Below are positions 12,386 through 21,818 of a DNA stretch of 64,000 nucleotides, piece after piece; position 1 is the first letter of the stretch; each line of letters begins with the position of its first letter. The DNA is from an uncultured Armatimonadetes bacterium. Its GTDB lineage: Bacteria; Armatimonadota; Hebobacteria; Hebobacterales; Hebobacteraceae. Made by a program: the position numbers and the translations under genes. The stretch lies in NCBI GenBank assembly GCA_963716175.1, contig OY970296.1, positions 1,248,001 to 1,312,000 of the forward strand. The letters are read 5' to 3'. The notes beneath the pieces are model-generated. The model was given only the letters and a program-made list of their open reading frames with translations, was not told the DNA's origin and ran no database searches.

Positions 12386-14344
12386 CTACAGGTGCGGGGG
12401 CTTTGTGCCATCTCGAGAGAAGGTGATGCGGTCCTGGCCGACGGTCACCACTCCCTTCTTCAGCTCCACATCGGGCGCGGTCTCGCCCTGTGCCAGTGGG
12501 ACCAGGACAACCATGAACTCCATCTCCTTCGCCTTCTCCGGCGCGCAGATGCGGAGGGTCAAAGGTGACTCCACATTGATCTTGTCCCCGATGCCAGGCA
12601 GCACGGCGAGGGTCACACCCTTGGGCGAAAGGACCCGCCCCGCGAGCCAGGCGCGCTCTCCCTGGATGATGAAGCGGTCGCCGGTGCATTCGGCGCCGGG
12701 CGAGGCGGCCGCAGGTTGGGAACCTGCGCTACCGGCCGCAGGTTGGGAACCTGCGCTACTGACCTGCACGCTGGCGAAGGTGACGGGGCCGCCCGGCTGG
12801 AGCATGAACTCGAAGCTCTCGGTCTGCTTCACCCGGGCGCGGTCGCGCACGACCACATAGCCCCACTTGCCGGTGCCCTCATGCGGGTGCACCAGGGTCA
12901 GCTCGCGCACCACGGACTCCGCGCCTTCATAGGCCTGAGTCGCGTCAGACCGGAACCAGATCAGGCCGTCTCGCTCTTCCGCGTCGGTGATCACGGCGCC
13001 ACTATCGTTATCCTTGCGCTGGTTCCGACCGCCGATCACCAGGCAGTTGTGGCCGGCGGTGTCGTTACTGAAGTAGTCCACCTCCTTGCCGTAGTAGCCG
13101 GGCCCTACCTCGCCGTAGCCGTAATCGCGCAGCAGCCACTCGCCCCCCGCGTTGAGCAGGAAGTCGTTGACATCGAGGTGGGAGTGGGAGACATCGGCCT
13201 TGCCGCTGCGGAGGTGAAGGGTGAGCGCATCCGCGTTCCAGCTTGTCCGCGCGCCGGCGAAGCCGGTCTGCTCGAAGGCGTGCCACAACGGCAGGCTCTC
13301 AGGCACTTCCGCCTCGAGCGATGGGTCGCGCCAGAGCAGCTCGTATAGGGCCGAGTCCAGATCGCGTTGCCGAGGCAGCGCCGCGCCCAGCCACTGGGCG
13401 AGCGGATTCCGGTACTCCGCCGCCAGCCGGTACATGAGAGGGCCGATCGCGTGCCAGTCGCGGGGTGGGCCGTCGCCGAAGTTGGCGCAGGTGCCCATGT
13501 CGGGGCCGGCCAGGTAGAGCCGGAAGAGATGGGTGTTACGGAGGTAGATGGAGGTGTAGAAATCCTCGGTGAGGTAGGGCCTGGTGGCGGTGATGAACCG
13601 GACCAGGGACTCCATGCCATAGCCCCAATACGGCACGCCCTCCTCATAGGCCCCTTCCTCCGGCAGCTCGGCGACGATGTGGTGGAATCCCCACTCCGCC
13701 TTCGCCAGCCACTCGCCCACCCCCGGCACGTCTCCCGCCAGCGCCACCGCGGTCACGCCCAGCCCGCCGTAGTTGCACCAGGCGTGGTTCTGACGCCAGG
13801 AGGTCTTCCACCAGCCGCGGTTGTTGGCGCCGATGGCGGCCTCGTACATCACCTTGCCGTGCTCGGCGAGGATCCGGCGCAGGCGCTCGCGATCCTCTGG
13901 CGACCAGCGGCCGTAGAGCCAGTCATAGGCGATGGAGATGCCGTAGAGCTCATGCGCGGCGGCCAGGTCAGTGCCCTCGAAGATGCCCGCACCCCAGAGG
14001 GGATACTCGCCGGGCTTGAGCGCCCACTTGCGGGCGGCCTCGAAGTACTTGGGGTCGGGGTCGAGCAAGGCCACCAGCGCCAGCCCGGGGATGCGGTAGC
14101 CGAACACGCGCTGCCACAGCATCTCGTCATTGGGCGTGCCCGGCCGCGTGGGTTCGCTTTCGATGGGCCGGTTCTCGGGCGGGTCGTGGTCGAGGGACTT
14201 ATCCACCGCGGCCTTCAGGCGCTCCCATTCCGCGCGTTTGGTGGTCTTGATCTCCTCTCTCAGCCGCGCCAGGCCGTCGGCCTGGAAGAACAGCCGGGGC
14301 CGGCCTGCGTTCGCGATGCTTGTCTCCAGCTCGGTCGGGTTCAT
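12386..14344 (-). CDS. Heparinase II/III-like polysaccharide lyase (DUF4962-type N-terminus)
   Basis: RPRLFF, QNHAW, EGVPYWGY, NFGDG, HSHLDVN, HNCLVI; SD GAGGTG before ATG 14344. Confidence 0.8.
   Translation of the reverse strand: MNPTELETSIANAGRPRLFFQADGLARLREEIKTTKRAEWERLKAAVDKSLDHDPPENRPIESEPTRPGTPNDEMLWQRVFGYRIPGLALVALLDPDPKYFEAARKWALKPGEYPLWGAGIFEGTDLAAAHELYGISIAYDWLYGRWSPEDRERLRRILAEHGKVMYEAAIGANNRGWWKTSWRQNHAWCNYGGLGVTAVALAGDVPGVGEWLAKAEWGFHHIVAELPEEGAYEEGVPYWGYGMESLVRFITATRPYLTEDFYTSIYLRNTHLFRLYLAGPDMGTCANFGDGPPRDWHAIGPLMYRLAAEYRNPLAQWLGAALPRQRDLDSALYELLWRDPSLEAEVPESLPLWHAFEQTGFAGARTSWNADALTLHLRSGKADVSHSHLDVNDFLLNAGGEWLLRDYGYGEVGPGYYGKEVDYFSNDTAGHNCLVIGGRNQRKDNDSGAVITDAEERDGLIWFRSDATQAYEGAESVVRELTLVHPHEGTGKWGYVVVRDRARVKQTESFEFMLQPGGPVTFASVQVSSAGSQPAAGSAGSQPAAASPGAECTGDRFIIQGERAWLAGRVLSPKGVTLAVLPGIGDKINVESPLTLRICAPEKAKEMEFMVVLVPLAQGETAPDVELKKGVVTVGQDRITFSRDGTKPPHL
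12706..12759 (-). repeat. Tandem 2x27 bp GTAG-REP in frame within the lyase gene
   Basis: two identical GTAGCGCAGGTTCCCAACCTGCGGCCG units. Confidence 0.85.
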
Positions 14345-14430
14345 GCTCACCTCACTCGATTTCCGCGCAGCCGGACAGGCGGCGGTCATCACCAGCCCGA
14401 CAACCACAAGTAGAATGGACGCATTCCTTC

Positions 14431-15297
14431 TCAACGGAGGCGTTTCCTGAAGACCAGGCAGTAATGGTGATGGTAGTTGGGCACGAAGATCTTGGGATAT
14501 CCCCAGATCCCCAGGGGCTTGGTATTCTGGCACCAGATGCGCTCTCCCTGGAACTGCCATCCTTTTCCGATCTGCCGCGCCAGGTCCCAGGCCAGCGGTC
14601 TGATCTCGCCCTCCGGGTCGCGCAGGTTCTGCGCCACCACCACCAGGTATCTGCCGGGCTTCACGCATTTCCTCACTCCGGCGAAGACTTTGCCCAGGGC
14701 GGAGACGAACTCGCGGTAGTCGGCGATGTTGCCCAGATCCTCGCCGCGGTGAGAGTAGACGGTGTCGAGGCCGCTGGCCGCGCGCTGCTTGTGCTTCGAG
14801 AACACCCCTCCGCGGCTGGTGCGCAGCATGCGCCAGTACGGCGGGGAGGTGATCACGAAATCGAACTGAGGGAGGCCGCGGCGGAACGCGATGCCGGCCG
14901 CCTCCAGTTTCACGCGCCGCGGTTGCCAGAAGTCGGCCACTCCAATCGCCCGCGCGTCACCGCGTATCACCGTCTGCGGCGGCTCCGCACCCTTCACCCT
15001 TTGCTCCGCCGTCCGCGCGTATTTCGCGCTCAGCTCCACCCCCGCGCCCACGCGCCCATTCTCCGCGCAGGCCACCAGCGTCGCCCCCGACCCCAGGAAT
15101 GGGTCGAGCACCGCCCCGCCGCGCTTGGTGAAGAAGCGCAGAAACTCCGCCACCATCTCCTCAGGGAAGCGCGCCGGGTGCAGCTCGGTGGGCTTGTTCT
15201 TCCAGTAGCGCGGCGAATCGCACACGAACCAGGTCCGCGTGAACTTGATCCATTCCTTGCCGGTGAGGTCATTGAGATCGTTACGTCGCTTGTTCAT
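14431..15297 (-). CDS. DNA methyltransferase (N4/N6, SAM motif before catalytic motif)
   Basis: HPARFP, DPFLGSG, then TSPPY. Confidence 0.85.
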   Translation of the reverse strand: MNKRRNDLNDLTGKEWIKFTRTWFVCDSPRYWKNKPTELHPARFPEEMVAEFLRFFTKRGGAVLDPFLGSGATLVACAENGRVGAGVELSAKYARTAEQRVKGAEPPQTVIRGDARAIGVADFWQPRRVKLEAAGIAFRRGLPQFDFVITSPPYWRMLRTSRGGVFSKHKQRAASGLDTVYSHRGEDLGNIADYREFVSALGKVFAGVRKCVKPGRYLVVVAQNLRDPEGEIRPLAWDLARQIGKGWQFQGERIWCQNTKPLGIWGYPKIFVPNYHHHYCLVFRKRLR

Positions 15298-15304
15298 CGC
15301 CTCT

Positions 15305-15330
15305 GTAGGGCGGGCATTCCTATGCCCGCC
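15305..15330 (+). repeat. GTAG-REP hairpin
   Basis: gtagggcgggcattcctatgcccgcc. Confidence 0.75.
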
Positions 15331-15396
15331 GGTCTCCGTCCTCGCGCTGCGAAGCAGCGCTCTAATCTGCGCAATCTGCGGATTACGCCGTTCCCT

Positions 15397-17637
15397 TCAC
15401 TCCGCCAGCAACGGCCTCAGCCGCGTATACCTCCGCGCCTGCTTGTTATTGCGCACCGCGGTCCAGATGGCAGGCCGGTTGCCGACGAAGACGCATTTGC
15501 GCTGGGCGCGGGTGAGGCCGGTGTAGAGCAGATTGCGCTGGAGCATGATGTACTGGCTGGTGTGGCAGATCAGCACCACCGCCGGGTATTCGCTGCCCTG
15601 GGCCTTGTGCACGGTCATGGCATAGGCCAGCTCCAGCTCGTCCAGCTCGTCATAGCCGTACCACCCGGTGGCGTCGAGGAACTGCACCGTCACCTTGCGG
15701 TCGGCCGGATTGATCGCCAGCACGGTGCCGACGTCGCCGTTGAACACTTCCTTGGCGTAGTTATTGATGGTCTGCAACACCCGGTCGCCCTCGCGGATCA
15801 CCTTCTCTCCGCGCCGCACCTCGGCCCGGCCCGCAGCGGCGGGGTTGAGCGCCTGCTGCAGCACCCCGTTCAGCAGCACCGTGCCCAGGTTGCGCTTGTT
15901 CATGGGGGTGAGCACCTGGATGTCGGAGGCCTGGAAGCCCTCCCGCGGCAGCTCCTCCCCCACCAGGGCCGCCACCCGCCGCACGATCGCCTCCGGGTCG
16001 GCCTCGCTCACCAGAGTGCAGTCGTCCTCTGGCCGCGGCGGGGTGCGGAACTCGGGCAGCCGGCCCTCGTTCACCCGGTAGGCGTTCATCACGATCTGGC
16101 TCTCCCGATCCTGCCGGAAGATCTCGCTCAGCCGCGCCACCGGCACCGCCTTGGATTCGATCAGGTCGCGCAGCACCAGCCCCGGCCCCACCGATGGCAA
16201 CTGATCCACATCCCCCACCAGCACCAGCCGCGCCCGATCCGGCAGCGCCCGCACCAGCGACCAGGTCAGCTCGATATCGAGCATGGAGGCCTCGTCCACG
16301 ATCACCACATCCCCGTCCAGCGGCCGCTCTTCGTTGCGCCGGAAGACCCATTCGCGCGGGTCTATCTCCAGCAGGCGGTGGATGGTCTTGGCAGGCCGAC
16401 CGGTGACCTCGGAGAGCTTCTTGGCGGCGCGGCCGGTCGGGCTGGCCAACAGCACCTCGCATCCCGAGTCCTCGAACACGTCAACGATGGCCCGGGTCAC
16501 GGTAGTCTTCCCTACGCCCGGGCCGCCGGTGAGCACCAGCACTTTCTCGGTGAGGGCGAGCCGGACCGCCTCCGCCTGCTGCTGGGAGAGCGCGGCCTCC
16601 CCCACCCGCCGGTCTCCGGTCAGCCAGGCCTGGAGGGAATCGCCGGTGGCCTTGGCCTCCGGGGCGGCGCGGCGGAGGCGGCGCAGGTGGGCCGCCACCT
16701 CGTGCTCGGCCCGCAGCAACCGCGGCAGATAGACGGCCTGGGTGCGGCCCGGCGGCGCTTCGCCAGCGGCGGGGCGCAGCTCCGGCGCCTCCTCCACCAG
16801 CACCCACTCGCCGGCGACCAGGGATTCGTAGGCGGCCGCCAGCGCCTCCTCCTCCTCGGCCTCCAGCAGCCGGCCGGCATACTCGAGCAGGCGATCTTTT
16901 GGCAGGAAGCAATGCCCTTGCCGGGTCGCCTCCTGCAGGGCGTGGGCGAGGCCGGCCTGGAGGCGGAAAGGCGAGGAAAGCGGGACGCCCAGCTCCCGGG
17001 CGATGCGGTCCGCGGTCTTGAACCCGATGCCCTCCACCTCCATCGCCAGCTGATAGGGATTGCGCTCGACCACGGCCACCGATTCATCGCCGTAGTGCTT
17101 GTGGATGCGAATGGCGTGGGCGGCGCTGATGCCCAGGCCCTGCAGCCGCATCAGGGTGGCCTGGCTGTCCGATTGCTTCTGCCGCCGCCAGTCCTCGGCG
17201 ATGGCCTGGGCCCGCTTGCGGCCGATGCCCGGGATCTCGCGCAGCCGCTCCGGATCCTCCAGGGCCTCCAGGGTCTGGTCGCCGAACCGCGCCACCAGCA
17301 GCTCCGCCGTCTTGGGCCCGATGCCCCTGATCGCGCCGCCCGCGAGAAACCGCTTGACCGCCCCCGCGGTGAGCGGGCTGGCCACCTGGTAGCGGACGAA
17401 GCGGAACTGCTCCCCGTACTGGGGGTGGGTGATCCACTGCCCCCAGAGCTTGACCTCCATCCCCTCTCGCGCCTGGGCGAGGTTGCCCACGACGCTGACC
17501 ACCTCTCCCGCGCCGCTGCCCTCCGAGACGCGCAAGCGCGCCACCGTCCAGCCGTCGTCGGGGTTGTGGTGGCGCACCGCCTCGATGGCGCCAGTCAACT
17601 CGCGGTGCTCCTCGCGCTCAGAGCGGTCGTCAAACAC
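15397..17637 (-). CDS. recD2: ATP-dependent RecD2 helicase
   Basis: HPQYGEQF, HhH repeats, GGPGVGKT, DEASM, GDVDQLPSVG, AMTVHKAQGSEY. Confidence 0.95.
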   Translation of the reverse strand: MFDDRSEREEHRELTGAIEAVRHHNPDDGWTVARLRVSEGSGAGEVVSVVGNLAQAREGMEVKLWGQWITHPQYGEQFRFVRYQVASPLTAGAVKRFLAGGAIRGIGPKTAELLVARFGDQTLEALEDPERLREIPGIGRKRAQAIAEDWRRQKQSDSQATLMRLQGLGISAAHAIRIHKHYGDESVAVVERNPYQLAMEVEGIGFKTADRIARELGVPLSSPFRLQAGLAHALQEATRQGHCFLPKDRLLEYAGRLLEAEEEEALAAAYESLVAGEWVLVEEAPELRPAAGEAPPGRTQAVYLPRLLRAEHEVAAHLRRLRRAAPEAKATGDSLQAWLTGDRRVGEAALSQQQAEAVRLALTEKVLVLTGGPGVGKTTVTRAIVDVFEDSGCEVLLASPTGRAAKKLSEVTGRPAKTIHRLLEIDPREWVFRRNEERPLDGDVVIVDEASMLDIELTWSLVRALPDRARLVLVGDVDQLPSVGPGLVLRDLIESKAVPVARLSEIFRQDRESQIVMNAYRVNEGRLPEFRTPPRPEDDCTLVSEADPEAIVRRVAALVGEELPREGFQASDIQVLTPMNKRNLGTVLLNGVLQQALNPAAAGRAEVRRGEKVIREGDRVLQTINNYAKEVFNGDVGTVLAINPADRKVTVQFLDATGWYGYDELDELELAYAMTVHKAQGSEYPAVVLICHTSQYIMLQRNLLYTGLTRAQRKCVFVGNRPAIWTAVRNNKQARRYTRLRPLLAE

Positions 17638-17717
17638 GAGGAGGGTGGTTCGACCAGGGGCCGAGCGCGCCCTGCCGCGCAGCGGCTCCGCGTTCCTGGT
17701 GCGCGTCGCACAGTCGG

Positions 17718-17741
17718 CTAGGGGCGCAATTCATTGCGCCC
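17718..17741 (+). repeat. REP-like hairpin (CTAG variant)
   Basis: ctaggggcgcaattcattgcgccc. Confidence 0.6.
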
Positions 17742-17923
17742 AGAAGGCCCCCCGGCGTGATGTGGCTAGGTTGCCCAGATGCTACGGCCACACGCTGGGC
17801 CTGGTCACTCTTGACGCTGGCAGCATGGTATGATAGAGTGACAGGCGGGTTGAGCCAGGCGGAAGGTGCCCGTGCCGCTGGCTCGGTTTTTCTTGGCCCA
17901 GAGGTTGGAAGGGAGCGTCGGCC

Positions 17924-18115
17924 TTGCCGCGGCAAAGCCGGATTCACGATCGGGGCTTCTGGTGGGCGTGCACTGAGTGCCGCAGCCGGAACTATACCAG
18001 TTACAAGAACAAGCGCAACGACCCGGACCGCATGAAGCTGCGGAAGTACTGCCCGGAGTGCCGCAAGCACACCGAGCACCGGGAGACAGGGCTTACCGCG
18101 CGGGCGGGCCGCTAG
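17924..18115 (+). CDS. rpmG: 50S ribosomal protein L33 (Zn-binding form)
   Basis: [37 protein letters not shown]; canonical position before tRNA-Trp and secE. Confidence 0.92.
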   Translation: MPRQSRIHDRGFWWACTECRSRNYTSYKNKRNDPDRMKLRKYCPECRKHTEHRETGLTARAGR

Positions 18116-18151
18116 TCCGCCGGCGGGCTTGTCGGGCAGGGCGCGGAATGC

Positions 18152-18228
18152 AGGCCCGTAGCTCTAATTGGTAGAGCGCCGGTCTCCAAAACCGGTGGTT
18201 GTCGGTTCGAATCCGGCCGGGCCTGCCA
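18152..18228 (+). tRNA. tRNA-Trp(CCA)
   Basis: acceptor aggcccg/cgggcct, anticodon loop ctccaaa, T loop ttcgaat, encoded CCA end. Confidence 0.97.
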
Positions 18229-18295
18229 TTGCATTTGTGGGCCGGCGAGACGGTGGGCAGGGGAGGCCGCGGGCGAGGGGGGCAGGGACCAGAAG

Positions 18296-18532
18296 ATGAG
18301 AGCAATCGCAGAAGAGCGACGTGTCGGTGCCAGCCGGTCGGGCCGCGGGGCCCGCGTCAAGGGCTTCTTCCGAGACGCCTGGCTGGAGCTGCAGAAGGTG
18401 ATCTGGCCCGGCCGCGAGGATGTGGTGAAGATGACCGGGCTGGTGGTGGCGGTGGTGATGATCGTGGGCCTGTTCATCTACCTCTGGGACCAGGTCTTGG
18501 TGCAGATCACCAGGCCCCTGTTCCCGACCTAG
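18296..18532 (+). CDS. secE: Preprotein translocase SecE
   Basis: ELQKVIWP motif plus one TM segment. Confidence 0.95.
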   Translation: MRAIAEERRVGASRSGRGARVKGFFRDAWLELQKVIWPGREDVVKMTGLVVAVVMIVGLFIYLWDQVLVQITRPLFPT

Positions 18533-18628
18533 CAGCATGCGGGCAAGTAGGCGGTCTGGCCGCCGCCCGGGAGGCCTGGCAGGTGCTGACGCCGGCTGGG
18601 CGCCGGTCCCACCGAGGTTGAAGAGCGA

Positions 18629-19159
18629 ATGGCGAAACAGTGGTACGTGGTGCATACCTTCACCGGGCATGAGGACAAGGTGAAGGTGAGTATCGAGAGG
18701 CGGGCCACCTCCATGGGGCTGGGTGATCGGGTGGGTCGCATCCTGGTGCCCACGGAGGAGGAGCTGCGAGGCACGCGGCGCGGCCGGCGCCAGGTGAGCA
18801 AGCATAAGATCTTCCCGGGCTATGTGATCGTGGAGATGGAGCTGGACGATCAGACCCGGCACCTGGTGCGGGACACCGCGGGTGTCACCGGGTTCGTGGG
18901 GCCCGACCGGCAGCCGGTTGCGCTGCGGCCGGATGAGGTGGACCGGCTGCTGACCACGGTGAGCGAGGAAGCGCCTCCGCTGCGGGCGGCCTGGAATGTG
19001 GGAGAGACGGTGCGCATCACCTCGGAGCCCTTCGATGGCATTCACGGCAAGGTGGTGGATGTGGATCTGAGGCGGGAGAAGCTGCGGGTGCTGGTCTCCA
19101 TCTTTGGGCGGGAGACGCCGGTGGAGGTGGACTTCGCAGATGTCGAGAAGCTGGACTGA
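18629..19159 (+). CDS. nusG: Transcription factor NusG
   Basis: WYVVHT, IFPGYV, VTGFVG, SIFGRETPVE. Confidence 0.97.
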   Translation: MAKQWYVVHTFTGHEDKVKVSIERRATSMGLGDRVGRILVPTEEELRGTRRGRRQVSKHKIFPGYVIVEMELDDQTRHLVRDTAGVTGFVGPDRQPVALRPDEVDRLLTTVSEEAPPLRAAWNVGETVRITSEPFDGIHGKVVDVDLRREKLRVLVSIFGRETPVEVDFADVEKLD

Positions 19160-19220
19160 GGTGACGCAGCAAGCGGGCGCGGAGGCCGCGGTCTGAGCAG
19201 GCCGAGCGAGGGAGTGGGCG

Positions 19221-19646
19221 ATGGCGAAGAAGGTGCGGACCATAGTGAAGCTTCAGATCGAGGCGGGCAAGGCGACCACCGGGCCCCCGGTGGGTCCCTC
19301 GCTGGCGCCGCACGGCATCAACCTGATGGAGCTGATTAAGGCCTACAACGCCGCCACCGCGTCTCAGGTGGGCACCATCGTGCCGGTGGAGGTGACCATC
19401 TACGAAGATCGGTCCTACAGCTTCGAGCTGAAGACCCCTCCGGCCTCGCAGCTCTTGCGCAAGGCGGCGGGAGTGGAGAAGGGCTCGGGAGAAACCGGGC
19501 GGGCGGTGGCGGGGAAAGTAACCATGGCCCAGGTGCGGGAGATCGCCCAGATCAAGATGCGAGACCTGAACGCCAACGACATCGACGCGGCGGCGAAGAT
19601 CATCGCGGGCACGGCCCGCAGCATGGGCCTGCAGGTCGAGGGGTAG
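19221..19646 (+). CDS. rplK: 50S ribosomal protein L11
   Basis: PPVGPSL, KTPPAS, GTARSMG. Confidence 0.98.
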   Translation: MAKKVRTIVKLQIEAGKATTGPPVGPSLAPHGINLMELIKAYNAATASQVGTIVPVEVTIYEDRSYSFELKTPPASQLLRKAAGVEKGSGETGRAVAGKVTMAQVREIAQIKMRDLNANDIDAAAKIIAGTARSMGLQVEG

Positions 19647-19650
19647 AGAG

Positions 19651-20352
19651 ATGAAGCACGGCAAGCGATATCGCACGGCGCTGGGAACCGTGGATCGGGA
19701 GCAGGTGTACTCCCCGGAGGAGGCGCTGCAGCGGATCAAGGAGACGGCCTCGGCGAAGTTCGACGAGACCGTGGACCTGGCGATCAAGCTGGGGGTGGAT
19801 GCCAAATCCGGCGAGCAGGTGGTGCGAGGAGTCGTCAGTCTCCCCCATGGACCGGGCAAGTCGCCGCGGGTGGTGGTGTTCGCGCGGGGGGAGGCGGCGA
19901 GCCAAGCGCAGGCGGCGGGGGCAGATGAGGTGGGCGCCGAGGAACTGGTAGCGAAGATCGAGGGGGGCTGGAAAGACTTCGACGTGCTGGTGGCGACCCG
20001 GGATATGATGCGGGTGGTGGGACGCCTGGGCAAGCGGCTGGGGCCCAGGATGCCGAACCCCAGGGCGGGGACGGTGGGCGAGGATGTGGCGGTGATCGTG
20101 AAGGACCTGAAGAGCGGCCGGGTGCAGTTCCGCATGGACCGCGGGGGTGTGCTGCAGGTGCCCATCGGGCGCGCCTCCTACCAGGTGGAGCAGTTGCGGG
20201 AGAACCTGGCGGCGCTGCTCGGCGCGGTGATGCGGGCGCGGCCCGCCAGCGCCAAGGGGCAGTACTTGCGCAAGATCTCGATCAGCGCTACCATGGGGCC
20301 GTCCCTGCTGATAGACACCAACCAGGCGCAGGCGATGGCGGAGGCGATGTAA
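19651..20352 (+). CDS. rplA: 50S ribosomal protein L1
   Basis: AKFDETVD, LPHGPGK, MPNPRAGTV, ATMGP. Confidence 0.98.
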   Translation: MKHGKRYRTALGTVDREQVYSPEEALQRIKETASAKFDETVDLAIKLGVDAKSGEQVVRGVVSLPHGPGKSPRVVVFARGEAASQAQAAGADEVGAEELVAKIEGGWKDFDVLVATRDMMRVVGRLGKRLGPRMPNPRAGTVGEDVAVIVKDLKSGRVQFRMDRGGVLQVPIGRASYQVEQLRENLAALLGAVMRARPASAKGQYLRKISISATMGPSLLIDTNQAQAMAEAM

Positions 20353-20365
20353 GGCCGGTTGCAGC

Positions 20366-20400
20366 GGCGGGCATCCGTCAGTGCCGGATACCCGCCCTAC
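20366..20400 (-). repeat. GTAG-REP hairpin (long loop)
   Basis: ggcgggcatccg...cggatacccgccctac. Confidence 0.65.
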
Positions 20401-20412
20401 AGAAAAACAAGC

Positions 20413-20545
20413 TGCCGGAGACAGCAGGCGTGAGAGCATAAGTCCCCTCGCGGGGACGCCTGCCGAGGCAGGGAGAAGACGACATCGGGCCAGGCCCGGA
20501 TGCTATGCTTCCCCCGCTTCGGCGGGGGAAGTCTCTTTGTGGACA
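20413..20545 (+). promoter_or_regulatory. L10 leader (r-protein autoregulatory RNA)
   Basis: GAGACAGCAGG...CCTGCCGAGG core upstream of rplJ, then hairpin cttcccccgc-ttcg-gcgggggaag. Confidence 0.85.
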
Positions 20546-20556
20546 GGAGGTGAGGA

Positions 20557-21096
20557 TTGCGAAAGGCTGAGAAGGGCCAACTGGTGGCGGCGCTGCAGGA
20601 GGCGCTGCAGGAGCAGCCGCATCTCATCGTCACCGGCTATCGCGGCCTGACGATGAAGGAGATGACGGAGCTGCGCCGGGCGCTGGCCAAGCTCGGGGGC
20701 CGGCTGCAGGTAGTGAAGAAGACCCTATTCCGGCGCGCCCTGGGTGAGGAGGCCCGTGCCCGCCTCGCCGATTTTCTGGAGGGGCCGGTGGCGGTGACAT
20801 TCGTATCGGGGGACGCGGTGAGCGTGCTCAAGGAGATGAGCGCCTTCGCCCGGACGCACGACGAGCTGGACTTCAAGGGGGGTTGGGTGGAGAGTCACCT
20901 CTTCGACGGCCAGCAGCTCGCGGAGCTGGCCTCGCTGCCGCCGCGGGAGGTGCTGCTGGGGCGATTGGCTGGGGTGCTGTTGGCTCCGCTGAGCCAGCTG
21001 GTCGGCACCCTGCAGGCGGTGCCGCGCGATCTGGTGCTGACCCTGCAGGCGATCGTCAGGCAGCGGGAGGAGGCGGGCGCGGCCGCGAGCGCATAG
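20557..21096 (+). CDS. rplJ: 50S ribosomal protein L10
   Basis: YRGLT..LRR..VVKKTL..GPVA..LASLP; SD GGAGGTG. Confidence 0.95.
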   Translation: MRKAEKGQLVAALQEALQEQPHLIVTGYRGLTMKEMTELRRALAKLGGRLQVVKKTLFRRALGEEARARLADFLEGPVAVTFVSGDAVSVLKEMSAFARTHDELDFKGGWVESHLFDGQQLAELASLPPREVLLGRLAGVLLAPLSQLVGTLQAVPRDLVLTLQAIVRQREEAGAAASA

Positions 21097-21117
21097 CTGG
21101 GCGGACACCGGCGATAC

Positions 21118-21142
21118 GGGGCAGGTCGCGGACCTGCCCTAC
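21118..21142 (-). repeat. GTAG-REP hairpin
   Basis: gggcaggtcgcggacctgccctac, identical to 33830-33853. Confidence 0.8.
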
Positions 21143-21161
21143 GAGATCATGGAGGAGAGCG

Positions 21162-21539
21162 ATGGCGAAGTTGAGCAGTGAGGAATTCATCACGGCGATC
21201 GAGCAGATGAACGTGCTGGAGCTGAACGAGCTGGTGAAGGCGATCCAGGAGCGGTTCGGGGTGAGCGCGATGGCGATGGCGGCCCCGGCGGCTGCGGCCG
21301 CGGCGCCCGCGGAAGAAGTGGAGGAGAAGACCCAGTTCGACGTCGTCCTCACCAGCTTCGGCGAGAAGAAGATCCAGGTGATCAAGGCGGTGCGAGAGCT
21401 GACCAGCCTGGGTCTGAGAGAGGCCAAGGAGCTGGTGGAGGGCGTGCCCAAGGTGGTGAAAGAGGCGCTCAGCAAGGACGATGCCGCCGCCGCCAAGAAG
21501 GTGCTGGAGGACGCCGGCGGCACGGCCGAGGTCAAGTAG
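21162..21539 (+). CDS. rplL: 50S ribosomal protein L7/L12
   Basis: [33 protein letters not shown]. Confidence 0.98.
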   Translation: MAKLSSEEFITAIEQMNVLELNELVKAIQERFGVSAMAMAAPAAAAAAPAEEVEEKTQFDVVLTSFGEKKIQVIKAVRELTSLGLREAKELVEGVPKVVKEALSKDDAAAAKKVLEDAGGTAEVK

Positions 21540-21562
21540 CTCCTGTAGGGCGGCCATGCGCC

Positions 21563-21670
21563 CTAATGAATGTCGCCCAAAGAAGTAATGGGCGACATTC
21601 ATGAAAAAGCCAGGAAATGCCTGGGGAAAGACGTTCGCGCAATGTTACTTCATTGCGCGAACGTCAGTAG
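21563..21670. repeat. Inverted pair of CTA-led hairpins with GAAGTAA loop
   Basis: 14-bp stem 21566-21602 and 15-bp stem 21630-21665; related pair at 52762-52865. Confidence 0.75.
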
Positions 21671-21818
21671 GGCGACAGCGCAGGGGGGCATAGCCGCCGC
21701 ACGCTGTTAGGTGTTTCGGGACTTCGGTCCCGAGACTGACGCGACCAAGATCCCTCGCTTCGGCTTGGGATGACGAGCTGTCGGGCGGGGCCTCGCGGCC
21801 CCGCCCGATTCCTCTGGC

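Noticed and set aside
12706-12759. Possible mini CRISPR array
   Set aside because: Repeats are directly adjacent with no spacer, lie inside a CDS, and no cas genes are present.
14345-14668. N-terminal extension with a lipoprotein-like segment on the lyase ORF
   Set aside because: Overlaps the MTase gene; a strong SD supports ATG at 14344.
14320-17721. 1133-aa plus-strand ORF
   Set aside because: Antisense shadow of recD2 and the MTase in GC-rich DNA; no recognisable motifs.
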